The notes under the pieces were generated by a model. It made no database searches and was not told the origin of the DNA. It saw only the letters and a program-made list of their open reading frames with translations. Source: an uncultured Dialister sp. (GTDB lineage Bacteria; Bacillota; Negativicutes; Veillonellales; Dialisteraceae). Taken from it: a stretch of DNA of 64,000 bases. Positions 1 to 12,358 of this stretch are shown here, piece by piece (the stretch's first letter is position 1; each line of letters begins with the position of its first letter). Position numbers and translations under genes: made by a program. Location: positions 7,228 to 71,227 of the forward strand of contig UQRR01000002.1 in assembly GCA_900543455.1 (NCBI GenBank), in the 5' to 3' direction.

Positions 1-299
1 TGCCAAACGGTAGGATGTGATCCTGCCCTCTGGGCTGATCCAATAAATCGGATGCCAGACTGGATATCAAAGAGTCTTTGTTCGCAATCTTATCGTAGCC
101 AGCACTTCTGCTCAATTAGGGGCAACCCTGATCGGGAACGCACAGCTGACTTCGTTGTCTGAAATGATGCCCACTTTATTCATTTTAGAATTGACATCCC
201 GTCTTTTTACTTTTCTTGCACCTTTTCTAGGAAAAAGCTCTACGACTTCTACACATAGCGTCGAAAAATCATGTAAAAGTAATTTTGAAAGCAGAAATA

Positions 300-660
300 A
301 GGTATGAATGGCTACGGATTACGAACCTCGAGGGACTGGAGACTAGGGATGAGTAGCTAGGGATTAGGTTTGCGATATGAGAAAACCGCTAGTTTCAAAC
401 TTCCGCGGCGCTTCCATAATTTTATGCGACGCACCACCATCTCTCACTTCTAATTTCTCATTTCTAATTTCTCATTTAAGCGAGGCTTTCAAATGTAATC
501 AAAGGGCACCACGCCCGAGGGGCTAACCCTGTCTTTTGGAAAAACTATGTGCAAATTCAGGAAAACGCTATTTCCCACTGTCATACTGAGTGGACAGAAT
601 CATCGTAAGTGAGACTGCCTCTGCCAGAACCAGCGAGGCCTAAGTCAAAGGATCTATCCG
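300..660. repeat. composite intergenic repeat element (heptamer repeats plus ~150-bp core), leftmost copy
   Basis: gggactggagactagggatgagtagctagggattagg, cacttctaatttctcatttctaatttctcattt, and a core similar to 3140-3300 (gtcatactgagtggacagaatcatcgta against gtcatcctgagcggagaaaaacgtcgta). Confidence 0.5.
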
Positions 661-1373
661 ATTTCCCGCAATGAACAATTCGCATACAGATCCTTCGACT
701 CAGTTCCCCAACATTTTTCACACCGCCCCCACTTCCCCTATTTTCTCCGCTCCGAATGATGATCCTAGAAAGCCGATATTCCCATACGTCTCACTGAGCA
801 GGCAAAAAAGTAATGAAAATTCGGTCTATTCCATCATAAAGTGCATATGTCATTATAATGTGTATATGTTCTTCATGTATATTTATCATAAATCATAGTA
901 TATTTCGGTTATAGATCTTGTGTCTAACAGACTATGTATTGTAGATTATCACTTTTCCCACTTGCTTTTTCCTCTAAAACATAGTACCATATAAGCATGA
1001 AACAGGGACATATCTGAACATGTTCCCCGGACGGACGGTTTCTCTGATTTCCAGAATTCTCTAAGCGCTACAAGATCACAGGGAGAGCCGCTTCTGAAAG
1101 GGCAGATCTGCAGAATGCACCTTGCGTCATCGGATGGGTCAGAGGAAGCGTACAGCCTGCTGCCGATGCCCATTTTAGGCTGACAAGTAAGACAAAAGAA
1201 TATCCGGAAGCATGGCTTTTCCACTTCCCTGTCCTCTGCGAGGCCGGGTTCCGACGATAGCACAGGCCCTCCCGCACTTCGGTGCTCATGGACGACCGTC
1301 ACCGATTCCGAGCTCCGCCTGCATCGGGCACAGGTGGGAAGCCTTTTCCGGATGTTTTTTTATGCCTTTGTAA

Positions 1374-1428
1374 GAAAAATCCCCATGGGCTATGGCATGA
1401 CACATGCCGCAGCCCATGGGGATTTTTC
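1374..1428. terminator. bidirectional intrinsic terminator with a perfect 13-bp stem (ATCCCCATGGGCT / AGCCCATGGGGAT) flanked by A5 and T5
   Basis: Read directly from the sequence. It lies just downstream of the Rpn-like gene stop at 1466 on the minus strand. Confidence 0.6.
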
Positions 1429-1465
1429 TATTGACTTTTTGCTTTCACTCATTCATGGCTTCTTC

Positions 1466-2350
1466 TCAGACGGAGTATCCTGCTTCTCGCGCTATTTCTT
1501 TCACATACGGGATCGGACTTTCTGTCGCGGCAGCAATGTTGTCGATCGGCATGTTTAGTTTGAGCAGATTCATGATCACTGTTCTACCTTTTTTCTCCAT
1601 GCCTTGCTCCATCCCCTTCTCCATGCCTTTCTCCATACCTTTCTCCATACCTTGCTTCATGCCGATTTCGATCCCTTCCTGCATGCCTTCGGTTTTATAT
1701 TTTTGGAGTTCCATCAAAAGTGTCATATATTCTCGCCTCATTTCTTTATGTTCTTTGATCCGGATCACTTCTTCGTTGATTTCTTTCGTCAATGCACCCT
1801 CTGCTGCTTTCCCGTCCACATAGCGCAGGAAGGCTGCTATATCCGGGTCAAGGGTATCACTTTCGCCTTTCGCGTTCAGGAAGATCTTTGTCGAAAGATC
1901 CCCCAGCTCCAGACCTTCCTTTTCGATGCAGCGATGGCGGAAGGTATACATGGGGAGATTTTCGCCGAAGGGGTCGAAGGTACAGATGAAGATGATGAAG
2001 GACTCTTTCAGCTCTGTATAGTACTGCCCTTTTTTCAGCTCGTCCATATCGATCATGCCTTGATAGTAGCGGGTCCGCTTGGGGAGTTCCCCTTCGCTGC
2101 CATTCGTACATTGCATCTCGATGTCATAGACATGGCCGTTTTCATCGTGCACATAGACGTCCAGGCGGATGCTTTTGCTGTCGTAGCGGTTGTCTATGGA
2201 TTTTTCGCCTTCTGGAAATGTGATCTTTTCGATCCGGATGCCCAAAATCTTCTCGATCAGGTATTTGCAGATCCGCTGGTTCTGCATGACTTTCTGGAAA
2301 AGAAAATTATCCTGGATGGTCAGCTCTTCCCATTGTTTGAATCGTCCCAT
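1466..2350 (-). CDS. Rpn-family recombination-promoting nuclease / PD-(D/E)XK 'putative transposase' (TIGR01784-like) with a C-terminal GMEKG tetrapeptide repeat tract
   Basis: 294-aa ORF. The N-terminus (MGRFKQWEELTIQDNFLFQKVM...YDSKSIRLDVYVHDENGHVYDIEMQ) matches my memory of this family. It is followed by the terminator hairpin. Confidence 0.65.
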   Translation of the reverse strand: MGRFKQWEELTIQDNFLFQKVMQNQRICKYLIEKILGIRIEKITFPEGEKSIDNRYDSKSIRLDVYVHDENGHVYDIEMQCTNGSEGELPKRTRYYQGMIDMDELKKGQYYTELKESFIIFICTFDPFGENLPMYTFRHRCIEKEGLELGDLSTKIFLNAKGESDTLDPDIAAFLRYVDGKAAEGALTKEINEEVIRIKEHKEMRREYMTLLMELQKYKTEGMQEGIEIGMKQGMEKGMEKGMEKGMEQGMEKKGRTVIMNLLKLNMPIDNIAAATESPIPYVKEIAREAGYSV

Positions 2351-2529
2351 GGCATCACCGCCTTTCTACCTGTATTGTAACAAAAAATAGAGAAAAAGCG
2401 AAGAGAAATTCCGCAATATACGAGCAGAAAAGAAGCATTCTCTCATCATATTTTGTGTCTGTATTAGGGAAACAGGCAATAGAAAAGCAGTCTGCCAATG
2501 AAAACCGACAGGCTGCTTTTCTATGATTT

Positions 2530-2997
2530 TTATTTTTCCAGCTTTTTGAAAAGGCTCGCCATTTCGAGTGCATCCATCGCACATTCGAAGCCTTTGTTGC
2601 CGGACTTGAGGCCGGCGCGGTTGATGGCCTGCTCGATGGTGTCAGTGGTGAGGACACCGTAGAGGACGGGGATACCGCTGGAGAGGGAGGCCATAGCGAC
2701 GCCTTTCGTGACTTCTGTCGCTACGTGTTCGTAGTGGTCAGTCTCTCCGCGGATGACAGCGCCAAGGCAGATGACGGCATCATATTTGCCGCTTTCTGCC
2801 ATTTTCTTCGCCGCGAGCGGGATCTCGAAGGCGCCCGGCACCCACGCGAGGTCGACTTTGTCCATGTCGACGCCATGACGGGCAAGACCATCGGCTGCGC
2901 CGTCGATGAGTTTGGAAACGATGACTTCATTGAAACGGGAAGCGATAATGCCGACGCGGATGTCGCTTTCATTGAAAAGTCCGGAAATGATGTTCAT
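2530..2997 (-). CDS. ribH: 6,7-dimethyl-8-ribityllumazine synthase
   Basis: Translation [24 protein letters not shown]...[13 protein letters not shown] is typical RibH. The internal Met was chosen as start; the upstream part of the ORF is leader. Confidence 0.9.
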   Translation of the reverse strand: MNIISGLFNESDIRVGIIASRFNEVIVSKLIDGAADGLARHGVDMDKVDLAWVPGAFEIPLAAKKMAESGKYDAVICLGAVIRGETDHYEHVATEVTKGVAMASLSSGIPVLYGVLTTDTIEQAINRAGLKSGNKGFECAMDALEMASLFKKLEK

Positions 2998-3049
2998 GAG
3001 GGAATCTCCTTTGGGTATATGTAACATACTTTGTAAGTGGTAAAGTCTA

Positions 3050-3380
3050 GGGTTCAAGGTTCAGGGTTCGGGGTTATCCCCTAGGGCGTGCTGCCCATGG
3101 ATTGTGGATGAAAGCTTTGCTCTCTAGTTAGAAGTTAGGAGTTAGGAGTTAGGAGTGGTGGTGCGGCGCATTTCGTCATCCTGAGCGGAGAAAAACGTCG
3201 TATGTTAGAAAATGGCTGATCTGAAAATATGAGAACTGAGTCGAAGGATCTAAGCGCCGCAGAGTATAAATAGGGCGATGTCCGAAGGTGGCATTTCAGT
3301 CACCAGTTACTTTGCACCCCTAATCCCTAGATACTAATCCCCAGCTACCAGTCACTAGTCACTAGTCACCACTCACTAAA
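3050..3380. repeat. composite intergenic repeat element (heptamer tandem repeats flanking a ~150-bp hairpin-rich core) inserted between ribBA and ribH
   Basis: TAGGAGT / CACTAGT-type tandem heptamers. The core carries gtgcggcgcat...gcgccgc motifs shared with elements at 300-660 and 11020-11238. Confidence 0.6.
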
Positions 3381-3383
3381 ATC

Positions 3384-5234
<1,851 letters not shown>

Positions 5235-5253
<19 letters not shown>

Positions 5254-6392
5254 GGCTCTTCCTCTCTCTTCAGCAGGTCGACGTCTGTCGGGCGCGTGGA
5301 CTCTGCCTTTTCTTCTTTGGCTTCTTTTTCTACATACGCTTCGATGACGAGATCCTTCCCCGTCATCTGCGTCTGGATGTCACGGAGACGGATGGCCTTC
5401 GGGATGGTCGGTGCGCCCTCGCCGCCGATGAGCCCGGGCGCAGAGACGCCGCCAATGATCATCGGCGCGGTATAGATACGTACCTTGTCGACGATACCGG
5501 CATCAAAGGCAGACGCGGCGAGCGTCGCGCCGCCCTCTAAGAGGATGCTGTCGATGCCTTTCAGAGCGAGCCCCGTCATGGCGGCCTCGAGATCGACACT
5601 GCCTTTCTCTTCGCCGTCCGTCATAATGATATCGACGCCCATATCCGAGAGCGCTTTGCGCTTTCCCTCATCCGAGGCCGTCGTGGTGAGGATGATATTC
5701 TCCCCCTCTTCGTGAAATACCTTCGCTTTAAGCGGCACCGAGAGATGCCCATCCACGATGATACGGACGGGGTCGATCATCCCCTCCGTGCGGGCAGTGA
5801 GCTGCGGATTGTCCGCAAGGATCGTGCCCGCGCCGACCATGATGCCCTTGTAGCAGCCGCGCAGGACATGTACTTCTTCCCGCGAGTCTTCACAGGAAAT
5901 CCACTGGGAGTCCCCCGTGTGGCAAGCCGTCTTGCCATCCAGAGACATCGCAGCCTTGTAGAGGACGAAGGGCTTGTGCTGCGTGATGTATTTCAGGAAA
6001 ACTTCATTCAGCTTCTTCGCTTCCTCTTCCATGAGACCGACCGTCACAAAGATCCCCGCTTCTTTCAGCTTGCGGATCCCCTTGCCGGCGACGAGAGGAT
6101 TCGGATCCTCCATCGCGACGACCACGCGGTCGACACCTTTTTCCACCACGAGGTCAGCGCACGGCGGCGTCTTCCCATAGTGCGAGCATGGCTCAAGCGT
6201 CACATAGAGCGTTGCCCCCTTCGGATCTTCTGTCGCGTGAGCGAAGCAGTTCACTTCCGCATGCGGCCCGCCATATACTTCATGCCAGCCCTCGCCGATG
6301 ATGCGGCCATCTTTTACGAGCACCGCCCCGACCATCGGATTCGGACGGGTATGTCCCATGCCGCGCACCGCCAGCTCCAGCGCACGGCTCAT
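5235..6392 (-). CDS. ribD: bifunctional diaminohydroxyphosphoribosylaminopyrimidine deaminase / 5-amino-6-(5-phosphoribosylamino)uracil reductase
   Basis: Deaminase motifs HAEV and PCxxC plus a reductase domain. The start is placed at MSRALELA (6392) because the upstream Met at 6428 sits inside the riboswitch terminator U-tract. Confidence 0.85.
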
Positions 6393-6414
6393 GAATTTTC
6401 TGTCTTCATCGATA

Positions 6415-6453
6415 CGCAAAAAATCCACCTTCCTTTCCTTCAGGGAGGTGGAC
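6415..6453 (-). terminator. riboswitch expression-platform terminator (CCACCUCCCUGAAGGAAAGGAAGGUGG hairpin plus U6)
   Basis: The hairpin followed by AUUUUUUG lies between the FMN aptamer and the ribD start. Confidence 0.55.
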
Positions 6454-6470
6454 AGCCAAAAAGTCTACCA

Positions 6471-6596
6471 CTCTTCTTTCATCCGGACTCTAACCGTCGG
6501 CTCTGGGTTCTCACCAGATCTACTGCAGGACATCCGCAGCTCGTGGGCTCAGAAGATCTTTACCACCGGTGGGGAATTCCGCCCCGCCCTGAAGAG
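6471..6596 (-). promoter_or_regulatory. FMN riboswitch (RFN element) aptamer
   Basis: The reverse complement reads CUCUUCAGGGCGGGGCGGAAUUCCCCACCGGUGGUAAAGA...GCCCACGAGC...GAUCUGGUGAGAACCCAGAGCCGACGGUUAGAGUCCGGAUGAAAGAAGAG. This carries the conserved RFN blocks and a P1 stem CUCUUC/GAAGAG. Confidence 0.85.
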
Positions 6597-6639
6597 ATAT
6601 ATTTCTACGTTTCTATTATAACAGATGACGCAAGGGGGA

Positions 6640-6745
<106 letters not shown>

Positions 6746-6749
6746 GAGA

Positions 6750-7680
6750 AAGGAGAATACCGCTTTCGCCGTACTGCAGCCTTCCCCGCGTGGGCAATGC
6801 TATTAAGGAAAATATTAGCGCCGTAACGACTTGCTTCCCCCTTCGGGGGAAGTGCCGAAGGCAATAGGGGCATGCTAACGGTATAACGCTCCATGTGGAA
6901 TAGTCCGATGCTATCGATATTCCAACATTTCAGGCAATACCGCTACGTAGCCCCCTCATCTCGCTTCGCTCGAAATGGCATCTCACTTGCACAAGCCCTC
7001 CGGGCAGCTCCCCCAATGGGGAGCCAAGTAGAAAAGAAGAAACCCTTAGCTGAAAAAGATCCCTCGACTCCGCTCGGGATGACGATACGGGAAAACGGAC
7101 TATCTCACATTTCTTTTCATACCGCTGCGGAGCCAACCTCCGCCCCTTCGGGGCACCTCCTTCCAAGGGAAGGAGGTAGAATACACACTATCCCCCGCAC
7201 CAAAAGCCTTCCCCGCGTGGGGAAGGTGGCGAGCATAGCGAGCCGGATAGGGTTCTAGCGGGATGAAAAACAAGAGAGAATGATCGTCTCAAGCCAGCGT
7301 TTTACGAGAGTACCCGAACGCCGCTCACCTCACATTCCCTTTCATCCCTTCCCGTAGAAGGCTGCCCCTGCGGGGCAGATCTATCCTCCGACTTCAGCGC
7401 GCCCCTTCTTAAAGGGGCTGCTCAGCGGTCATGCAAAAGCGCGACATACGAGAATACTGCTTCTCCACACCACAGCCTTTCCCGCGTGGGGAAGGTGGCG
7501 AGCATAGCGAGCCGGATAGGGTTCTAGGGAAACGCGAGAGAACAACTGTCTCAGGTCAATGAAACGAGAATACCGCTTCCCCGCACCACAGCCTTCCCCG
7601 CGTGGAGAAGATGGCAAGCATAGCGAGCCGGATAGGGTTCTAGAGGGATGAAAACGCGAGAGAATGACCTAATCCCTAGC
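6750..7680. repeat. noncoding region carrying about 3.5 copies of a ~100-bp repeat unit and many short GC hairpins with UUCG/GCGU-type loops
   Basis: The unit ...ataccgcttcccc...cagccttccccgcgtggggaaggtggcgagcatagcgagccggatagggttctag...gagagaatga... recurs at 7204, 7472 and 7590, with a partial copy at 6763. Hairpins include ccttcccc-gcgt-ggggaagg and cttccccc-ttcg-ggggaag. Confidence 0.6.
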
Positions 7681-7788
7681 TACTAATCCCTAGTCACCAG
7701 TCACTAGTCACGAATCCCCCAACCTCCCTTGCGTAAAACCCGCGTACCATATATACTAGAAAAGATAATTCTATTTTTTATTAAGGAG

Positions 7789-8763
7789 ATGGATGTTTTG
7801 AATTTTGTTGACGCCGTAGTGGCCTTTTTGAACATTGGCATTTTCAGTACGCTGATCTGCCGCTTTACCGGAGCGAATATGGCAATGCTCGTTTTCTGTG
7901 CGCTGCTCTACATGGGGAGTGAACCGATGGAAACGGTAGGCATCATGCTGACGTACTTGGTCTTTATGCGCCTCACCATTTACACCCAGAAGCGCAAGCT
8001 GAATTTCAAGAAGCTGCAGGTCTTCAAAGGAATGCGAGTCTTTGTCCCCGTCCTTCTGATCGTGATCTCTCTCTTCCTGTATCCATTCGCAGCTTTGGCG
8101 ATCTTCCTCCTGCTCTTCATGGTGGAGATCCTTGCGCAGATCAAGACGGAGATCCCGGAGGACAGACAGCTTTCGAAGGGAGAACTCACCAAGTACATCG
8201 TGATCGGTTCCCTCCTGACCACTGTCTCTATGATCGCAGTCAAATTCATCCCCGCTGCCTGGTACTATGCACTGGGCGGCGCTGTCGGTCTTTTCCTCTG
8301 CGGCTTCGTATGGTGGCTGGGACAGGACCGCGACAGACTTTCCGGCATTTGGGATACGGTCATCCTGCTCTCCTTCATTCCTCTCGGCCTCTTCGGCTTC
8401 GATATGGCAGACTGGATGGATGATATGCGCCGCAGCGTGAACCCGACCCGCATCGCATACAATCTGCCTTTCATTTTCCTGCCAGTCTTCTATGTCGGCT
8501 TCCTGATGGCGAATATCCTCTTTGGTGTCTTCTCCCTCTCCGGCATGTGCATCACCTTCTTCGGCGCACTCGGTCTGCGTCTCTTCGGCTACTATGAAAT
8601 GTCCGGCAAGGGCAAGGCAAGCCTCATCGCGATCGGCTTCACCGTCCTCGGCCTCTTCCTTCTCTTCCTCACCGCACCGGAGCCTATCGGTGTATCCAAG
8701 TATGTGGATGCTTTCCTGCCGACCAATTACTATGGCTTCAAGGGCATCCTGAATATGTTCTGA
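7789..8763 (+). CDS. polytopic integral membrane protein of unknown function
   Basis: Hydrophobic throughout (about 8-10 predicted TM segments). Start chosen at MDVLNF after the RBS AAGGAGAT; the frame is also open from 7729. No family recognised. Confidence 0.5.
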   Translation: MDVLNFVDAVVAFLNIGIFSTLICRFTGANMAMLVFCALLYMGSEPMETVGIMLTYLVFMRLTIYTQKRKLNFKKLQVFKGMRVFVPVLLIVISLFLYPFAALAIFLLLFMVEILAQIKTEIPEDRQLSKGELTKYIVIGSLLTTVSMIAVKFIPAAWYYALGGAVGLFLCGFVWWLGQDRDRLSGIWDTVILLSFIPLGLFGFDMADWMDDMRRSVNPTRIAYNLPFIFLPVFYVGFLMANILFGVFSLSGMCITFFGALGLRLFGYYEMSGKGKASLIAIGFTVLGLFLLFLTAPEPIGVSKYVDAFLPTNYYGFKGILNMF

Positions 8764-8872
8764 GGCTTGGTGACGGGTGACTGGTGACTAGTAGCTAGGG
8801 ATGAGTGGCTAGGGATTAGGAAGTTTGCCTCACATTTCCCGCTACTCCGCTATACCTGATCCCAAAAGAAAA

Positions 8873-8906
8873 CCGTCATGTTCGGAAATGGTCATGACGG
8901 TTTTTG
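8873..8906 (+). terminator. intrinsic terminator (ccgtcatg...catgacgg stem plus T5)
   Basis: aaaaccgtcatgttcggaaatggtcatgacggtttttg lies downstream of the membrane protein gene. Confidence 0.6.
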
Positions 8907-9086
8907 TTTGCCCAAAACAGATCGTGAAAAATATAACACGTAAAAAGCGAGGCCCGATGGACCTCGCTTTCGTATCAATTTCATAAACCGATAGTATGGA
9001 GAAATGGTAAGAGGGAAAATTCCTAATTCCTAATCCCTAGCTACTAGTCACTAGCTACCAGCTATTAATCCCTACCCACTAAACAG

Positions 9087-10994
9087 CTACTCCCCCGCCT
9101 TCGGCTGACGATACGTGAAAACACGCTTCGGTTCCTTGCTTTCTACCTTATGATCGAGGAGATTTACATCAAGGATCGGGCAGACGCCACAGCCATTGCA
9201 GGCCTGATGGCGACAGTCATGGGTGAGGATCCCCTTCTCGGCCATGCGCCATTCTTTCAGGAGGTAATCCTTCGTGACACCGCTGTCGATATGATCCCAC
9301 GGTTCGCATTCGTAGAAATCACGAATGCGCGCTGCGTACTCATCGGGATCGATACCGCATTCCCGGAAGCTGTCCATCCAGACGTCGAAGTGGAAAAATT
9401 CCGTCCAGCTGTCATAGGTGCAGCCTTTCTTCCATGCGGTGTAGATCGCAGAAGAGAGCTTGCGATCGCCGCGAGCAAGGACGGCTTCGATATATCCTGT
9501 CTTGGCATCATGATAGGCGTACTTGATATGGCGGTTTGTGAAAAGGCTCTTCAGATACTGCTGTTTGCGCTCGATCTCCTCTACGCTGCACTGCGGCATC
9601 CACTGGAAAGGGGTGAAAGGCTTCGGCACGAAGCTCGAGACGCTGACGGTGATGCGCAGGTCATAGCGCCCCTTGATCTCATGATAGAGCTCGTGGATGC
9701 GGTTTGCCAGATCGGCGATGCCCTTCAGGTCTTCATCCGTTTCCGTCGGAAGCCCCATCATGAAGTAGAGCTTCACCTTTTTCCAGCCATTTTTGAAGGC
9801 ATTCGCACAGGCGCCCATGATGTCTTCCTCCGTGACGCCCTTATTGATGACATCGCGCATACGCTGCGTACCGGCTTCCGGTGCCAGCGTGAGACCGCTC
9901 TTTCTGACCTGCTGGATCTTTTTCGCGATGTCGATGGAGAAGCTGTCGACACGCAGTGACGGGAGACTGACGCTCACGCGCTTGTCTTTGAAATTTTCCA
10001 AGAGGTGATCGACAAGCTCGGGCAGGCAGGAGTAGTCTGCCGAAGAGAGGGACATGAGGGAAATCTCATTATAGCCCGTATTCTTGATGAGGGTATCTGC
10101 GATCTCCTGCAGTCTCTCTTCGCTCTTCTCGCGCACAGGGCGGTAGATCATCCCCGCCTGGCAGAAACGGCATCCGCGGCTGCAGCCGCGGAACATTTCC
10201 AGAACGGCACGATCATGCACGATCTCGATATGCGGGAGGATCGGCTTGTCATCGATGTGGACATGGTCGACATCACGGATGACACGCTTCTTCACAGGGA
10301 ACTGGGCCGCTTCGTCGATGGGTCGGATGCTGCGGAAGACGCCATTCTCATAGTAAGAGACCTCATAGAGGGACGGTGCATAGCAGCCATCGATCTGAGC
10401 GAGACGGCGGATCGCCTCTTTGCGGCCGCCGGGCTTCCCTTCCGCTTTCCATGCTTTCACGATATCCACCATCTCTCCGATGGCTTCTTCAGATTCTCCG
10501 ATGAAGAAGACGTCGAAGAAATCAGCGACCGGCTCTGCATTGTACACACAGGGGCCGCCGGCGACGACGAGGGGATCCTCGCCTGTGCGATCCTTCGCCC
10601 AGACAGGAATGCCTGCCATGTCGATCATGTTCAGGATATTCGTGTAGCACATTTCATACGGCATGGTGAAGCCAAGTACATCGAAGTCCTTGACCGGGCA
10701 TTTGTTTTCAAGAGAAAAGAGCGGGATGTGCTTCTCTCTCATCATCGCTTCCATGTCCACCCATGGCGCATATACACGCTCTGCCAGCGCATCCTCTCTG
10801 GCATTCAGGACACTGTAGATGATCTTGAGTCCCAGATGGCTCATGGCGACTTCGTAGACATCAGGGAATGCCAGCGCCACTTTCACCGGGATCTCATCGT
10901 GGTTTTTCACCACACTGTTCCACTCTCCGCCAATGTAGCGGGCAGGCTTTTGGATATGCATCAGCCATACGGGATCGATAGTTACACGGTTCAT
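9087..10994 (-). CDS. TIGR03960-family B12-binding-domain radical SAM protein
   Basis: 635 aa. N-terminus ...KPARYIGGEWNS, radical SAM cluster motif CSRGCRFCQAG, and the typical position next to rodA. Confidence 0.75.
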   Translation of the reverse strand: MNRVTIDPVWLMHIQKPARYIGGEWNSVVKNHDEIPVKVALAFPDVYEVAMSHLGLKIIYSVLNAREDALAERVYAPWVDMEAMMREKHIPLFSLENKCPVKDFDVLGFTMPYEMCYTNILNMIDMAGIPVWAKDRTGEDPLVVAGGPCVYNAEPVADFFDVFFIGESEEAIGEMVDIVKAWKAEGKPGGRKEAIRRLAQIDGCYAPSLYEVSYYENGVFRSIRPIDEAAQFPVKKRVIRDVDHVHIDDKPILPHIEIVHDRAVLEMFRGCSRGCRFCQAGMIYRPVREKSEERLQEIADTLIKNTGYNEISLMSLSSADYSCLPELVDHLLENFKDKRVSVSLPSLRVDSFSIDIAKKIQQVRKSGLTLAPEAGTQRMRDVINKGVTEEDIMGACANAFKNGWKKVKLYFMMGLPTETDEDLKGIADLANRIHELYHEIKGRYDLRITVSVSSFVPKPFTPFQWMPQCSVEEIERKQQYLKSLFTNRHIKYAYHDAKTGYIEAVLARGDRKLSSAIYTAWKKGCTYDSWTEFFHFDVWMDSFRECGIDPDEYAARIRDFYECEPWDHIDSGVTKDYLLKEWRMAEKGILTHDCRHQACNGCGVCPILDVNLLDHKVESKEPKRVFTYRQPKAGE

Positions 10995-11019
10995 TTGATA
11001 CTCCTAAAAAAAATGGGGT

Positions 11020-11238
11020 TACAGGTTTGTGGTTGTATTGGTTCAAAGGATTCAAAGGGTTCAATGGGTTCTAAGGGTTCTAAGGGTTCTAAGGGTTGTG
11101 GTGCGGCGCATAAAAATAGTGAAGCGCCGCGAGTATACTTAGCCTTCCCCTCTAGGGGAAGGTGCCCCGAAGGGGCGGATAGGGTGACTATGGTATGAAA
11201 GATCAATGATCGGATGTCTAATAGTTCCTAGTCCCCAG
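11020..11238. repeat. composite intergenic repeat element between the radical SAM gene and rodA
   Basis: Tandem ggttctaag heptamer-like repeats, then ggtgcggcgcat...gcgccgcg and the gcccc-gaa-ggggc hairpin. Same family as 300-660 and 3050-3380. Confidence 0.55.
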
Positions 11239-12354
11239 TCAATCAAACATCAATTTCTTTCTTCTTAAATAGATATTCATCAAAAGCCCGACGCAGAGAA
11301 GATTCATAAGGAGAGCCGAGCCGCCGTAGCTCATGAAAGGCAGCGGGATGCCGGTGACAGGCATAATGCCGAGGGTCATGCCGACATTGATGAAGATCTG
11401 GAAGAGCCACATGGAAAAGATCCCACAGGCGAGCAGGCTGCCGAAGGCATCCCCCGAAGAGCGGGAAATCATAAGTGTCCTGTATAAAAGAACGAAAAAT
11501 AAAAAGAGAACGAAAATGGCTCCGACGAAGCCCAGCTCTTCCCCAATGACGGAGAAGATGAAGTCAGTATGATTTTCCGGGAGGAAATTCAGCTGGCTCT
11601 GCGTGCCTTCGAAAAGACCCTGCCCGATGAAACCGCCGCTGCCGATGGAAATCTTCGACTGGATGACATGGTAACCGGAGCCATACGGATCGACGTCCGG
11701 ATTGAAAAGGACGAGGATACGCATCTTCTGGTAGCTGTGCAGGACAAAGAACCAGATGAACGGGAAGACCACGACGAATGCAAGAAAAGCGCGTTTCACG
11801 AGCTGCATCTTGAGTCCGGAAATATAAAGCATGCCGAAGGTGATGGCCGCGAAGACAAGGCTCGTACCAAGGTCCGGCTGGATGAAGATCAAAAGTGTCG
11901 GAAGTGCCATCATACCCGCGACAGGCAGAAGGCTCTTCCATGTCTGGAAGCCGGATTTGTCATTCGCCATGAGCCTTGCCAGACAGATGATCATGATGAT
12001 TTTCGCAAATTCCGAAGGCTGCAGCGTGAAAGGGCCGATCTGGATCCAGCGCTGCGCCCCAAGCGCACTCGTTCCGGCGAATTTGACGACCAGAAGCAGG
12101 ATCGCATTGATGCCATAGAGGATGGGTACGAATCGATAGAGTTTCCTGTAGTCAAAATAGAGCGAGCACCCGGCGATGATAAGACCGCCGACAAAGAAGA
12201 TCCCCTGCTTCATGACGAAGTCATACTGCCCCGGTTGTCCATCCATATTCGCATGAGTGGCACTCGCAATGATCAGAAGACAGATGACGCCAAGACCCAG
12301 GACAGCCATCAGCAGCGTGCTGTCGATGCGCCGCCAATACCGAATGAGATTCAT
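11239..12354 (-). CDS. rodA: SEDS-family peptidoglycan glycosyltransferase RodA (FtsW/RodA/SpoVE family)
   Basis: 371 aa with about 10 TM segments and family motifs (…GSGGFIGQG…). Located in the mre-PBP2 cluster. Confidence 0.85.
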   Translation of the reverse strand: MNLIRYWRRIDSTLLMAVLGLGVICLLIIASATHANMDGQPGQYDFVMKQGIFFVGGLIIAGCSLYFDYRKLYRFVPILYGINAILLLVVKFAGTSALGAQRWIQIGPFTLQPSEFAKIIMIICLARLMANDKSGFQTWKSLLPVAGMMALPTLLIFIQPDLGTSLVFAAITFGMLYISGLKMQLVKRAFLAFVVVFPFIWFFVLHSYQKMRILVLFNPDVDPYGSGYHVIQSKISIGSGGFIGQGLFEGTQSQLNFLPENHTDFIFSVIGEELGFVGAIFVLFLFFVLLYRTLMISRSSGDAFGSLLACGIFSMWLFQIFINVGMTLGIMPVTGIPLPFMSYGGSALLMNLLCVGLLMNIYLRRKKLMFD

Positions 12355-12358
12355 TCTG

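Noticed and set aside
1-175. Partial ORFs at the left window edge (plus-strand frame ending ~174; minus-strand frame from ~113 running off the edge)
   Set aside because: Too short and anonymous to call. A gene probably crosses the left boundary, but its orientation is unclear.
950-1330. RNase P RNA or cobalamin riboswitch
   Set aside because: Only short chance-like matches. The conserved GGAAAGUCCGG / B12-box cores are absent.
6893-7617. ORFs 6893-7258(+), 6930-7166(-) and 7429-7617(-) inside the repeat region
   Set aside because: They are generated by the repeat units, with no RBS and no protein-like composition.
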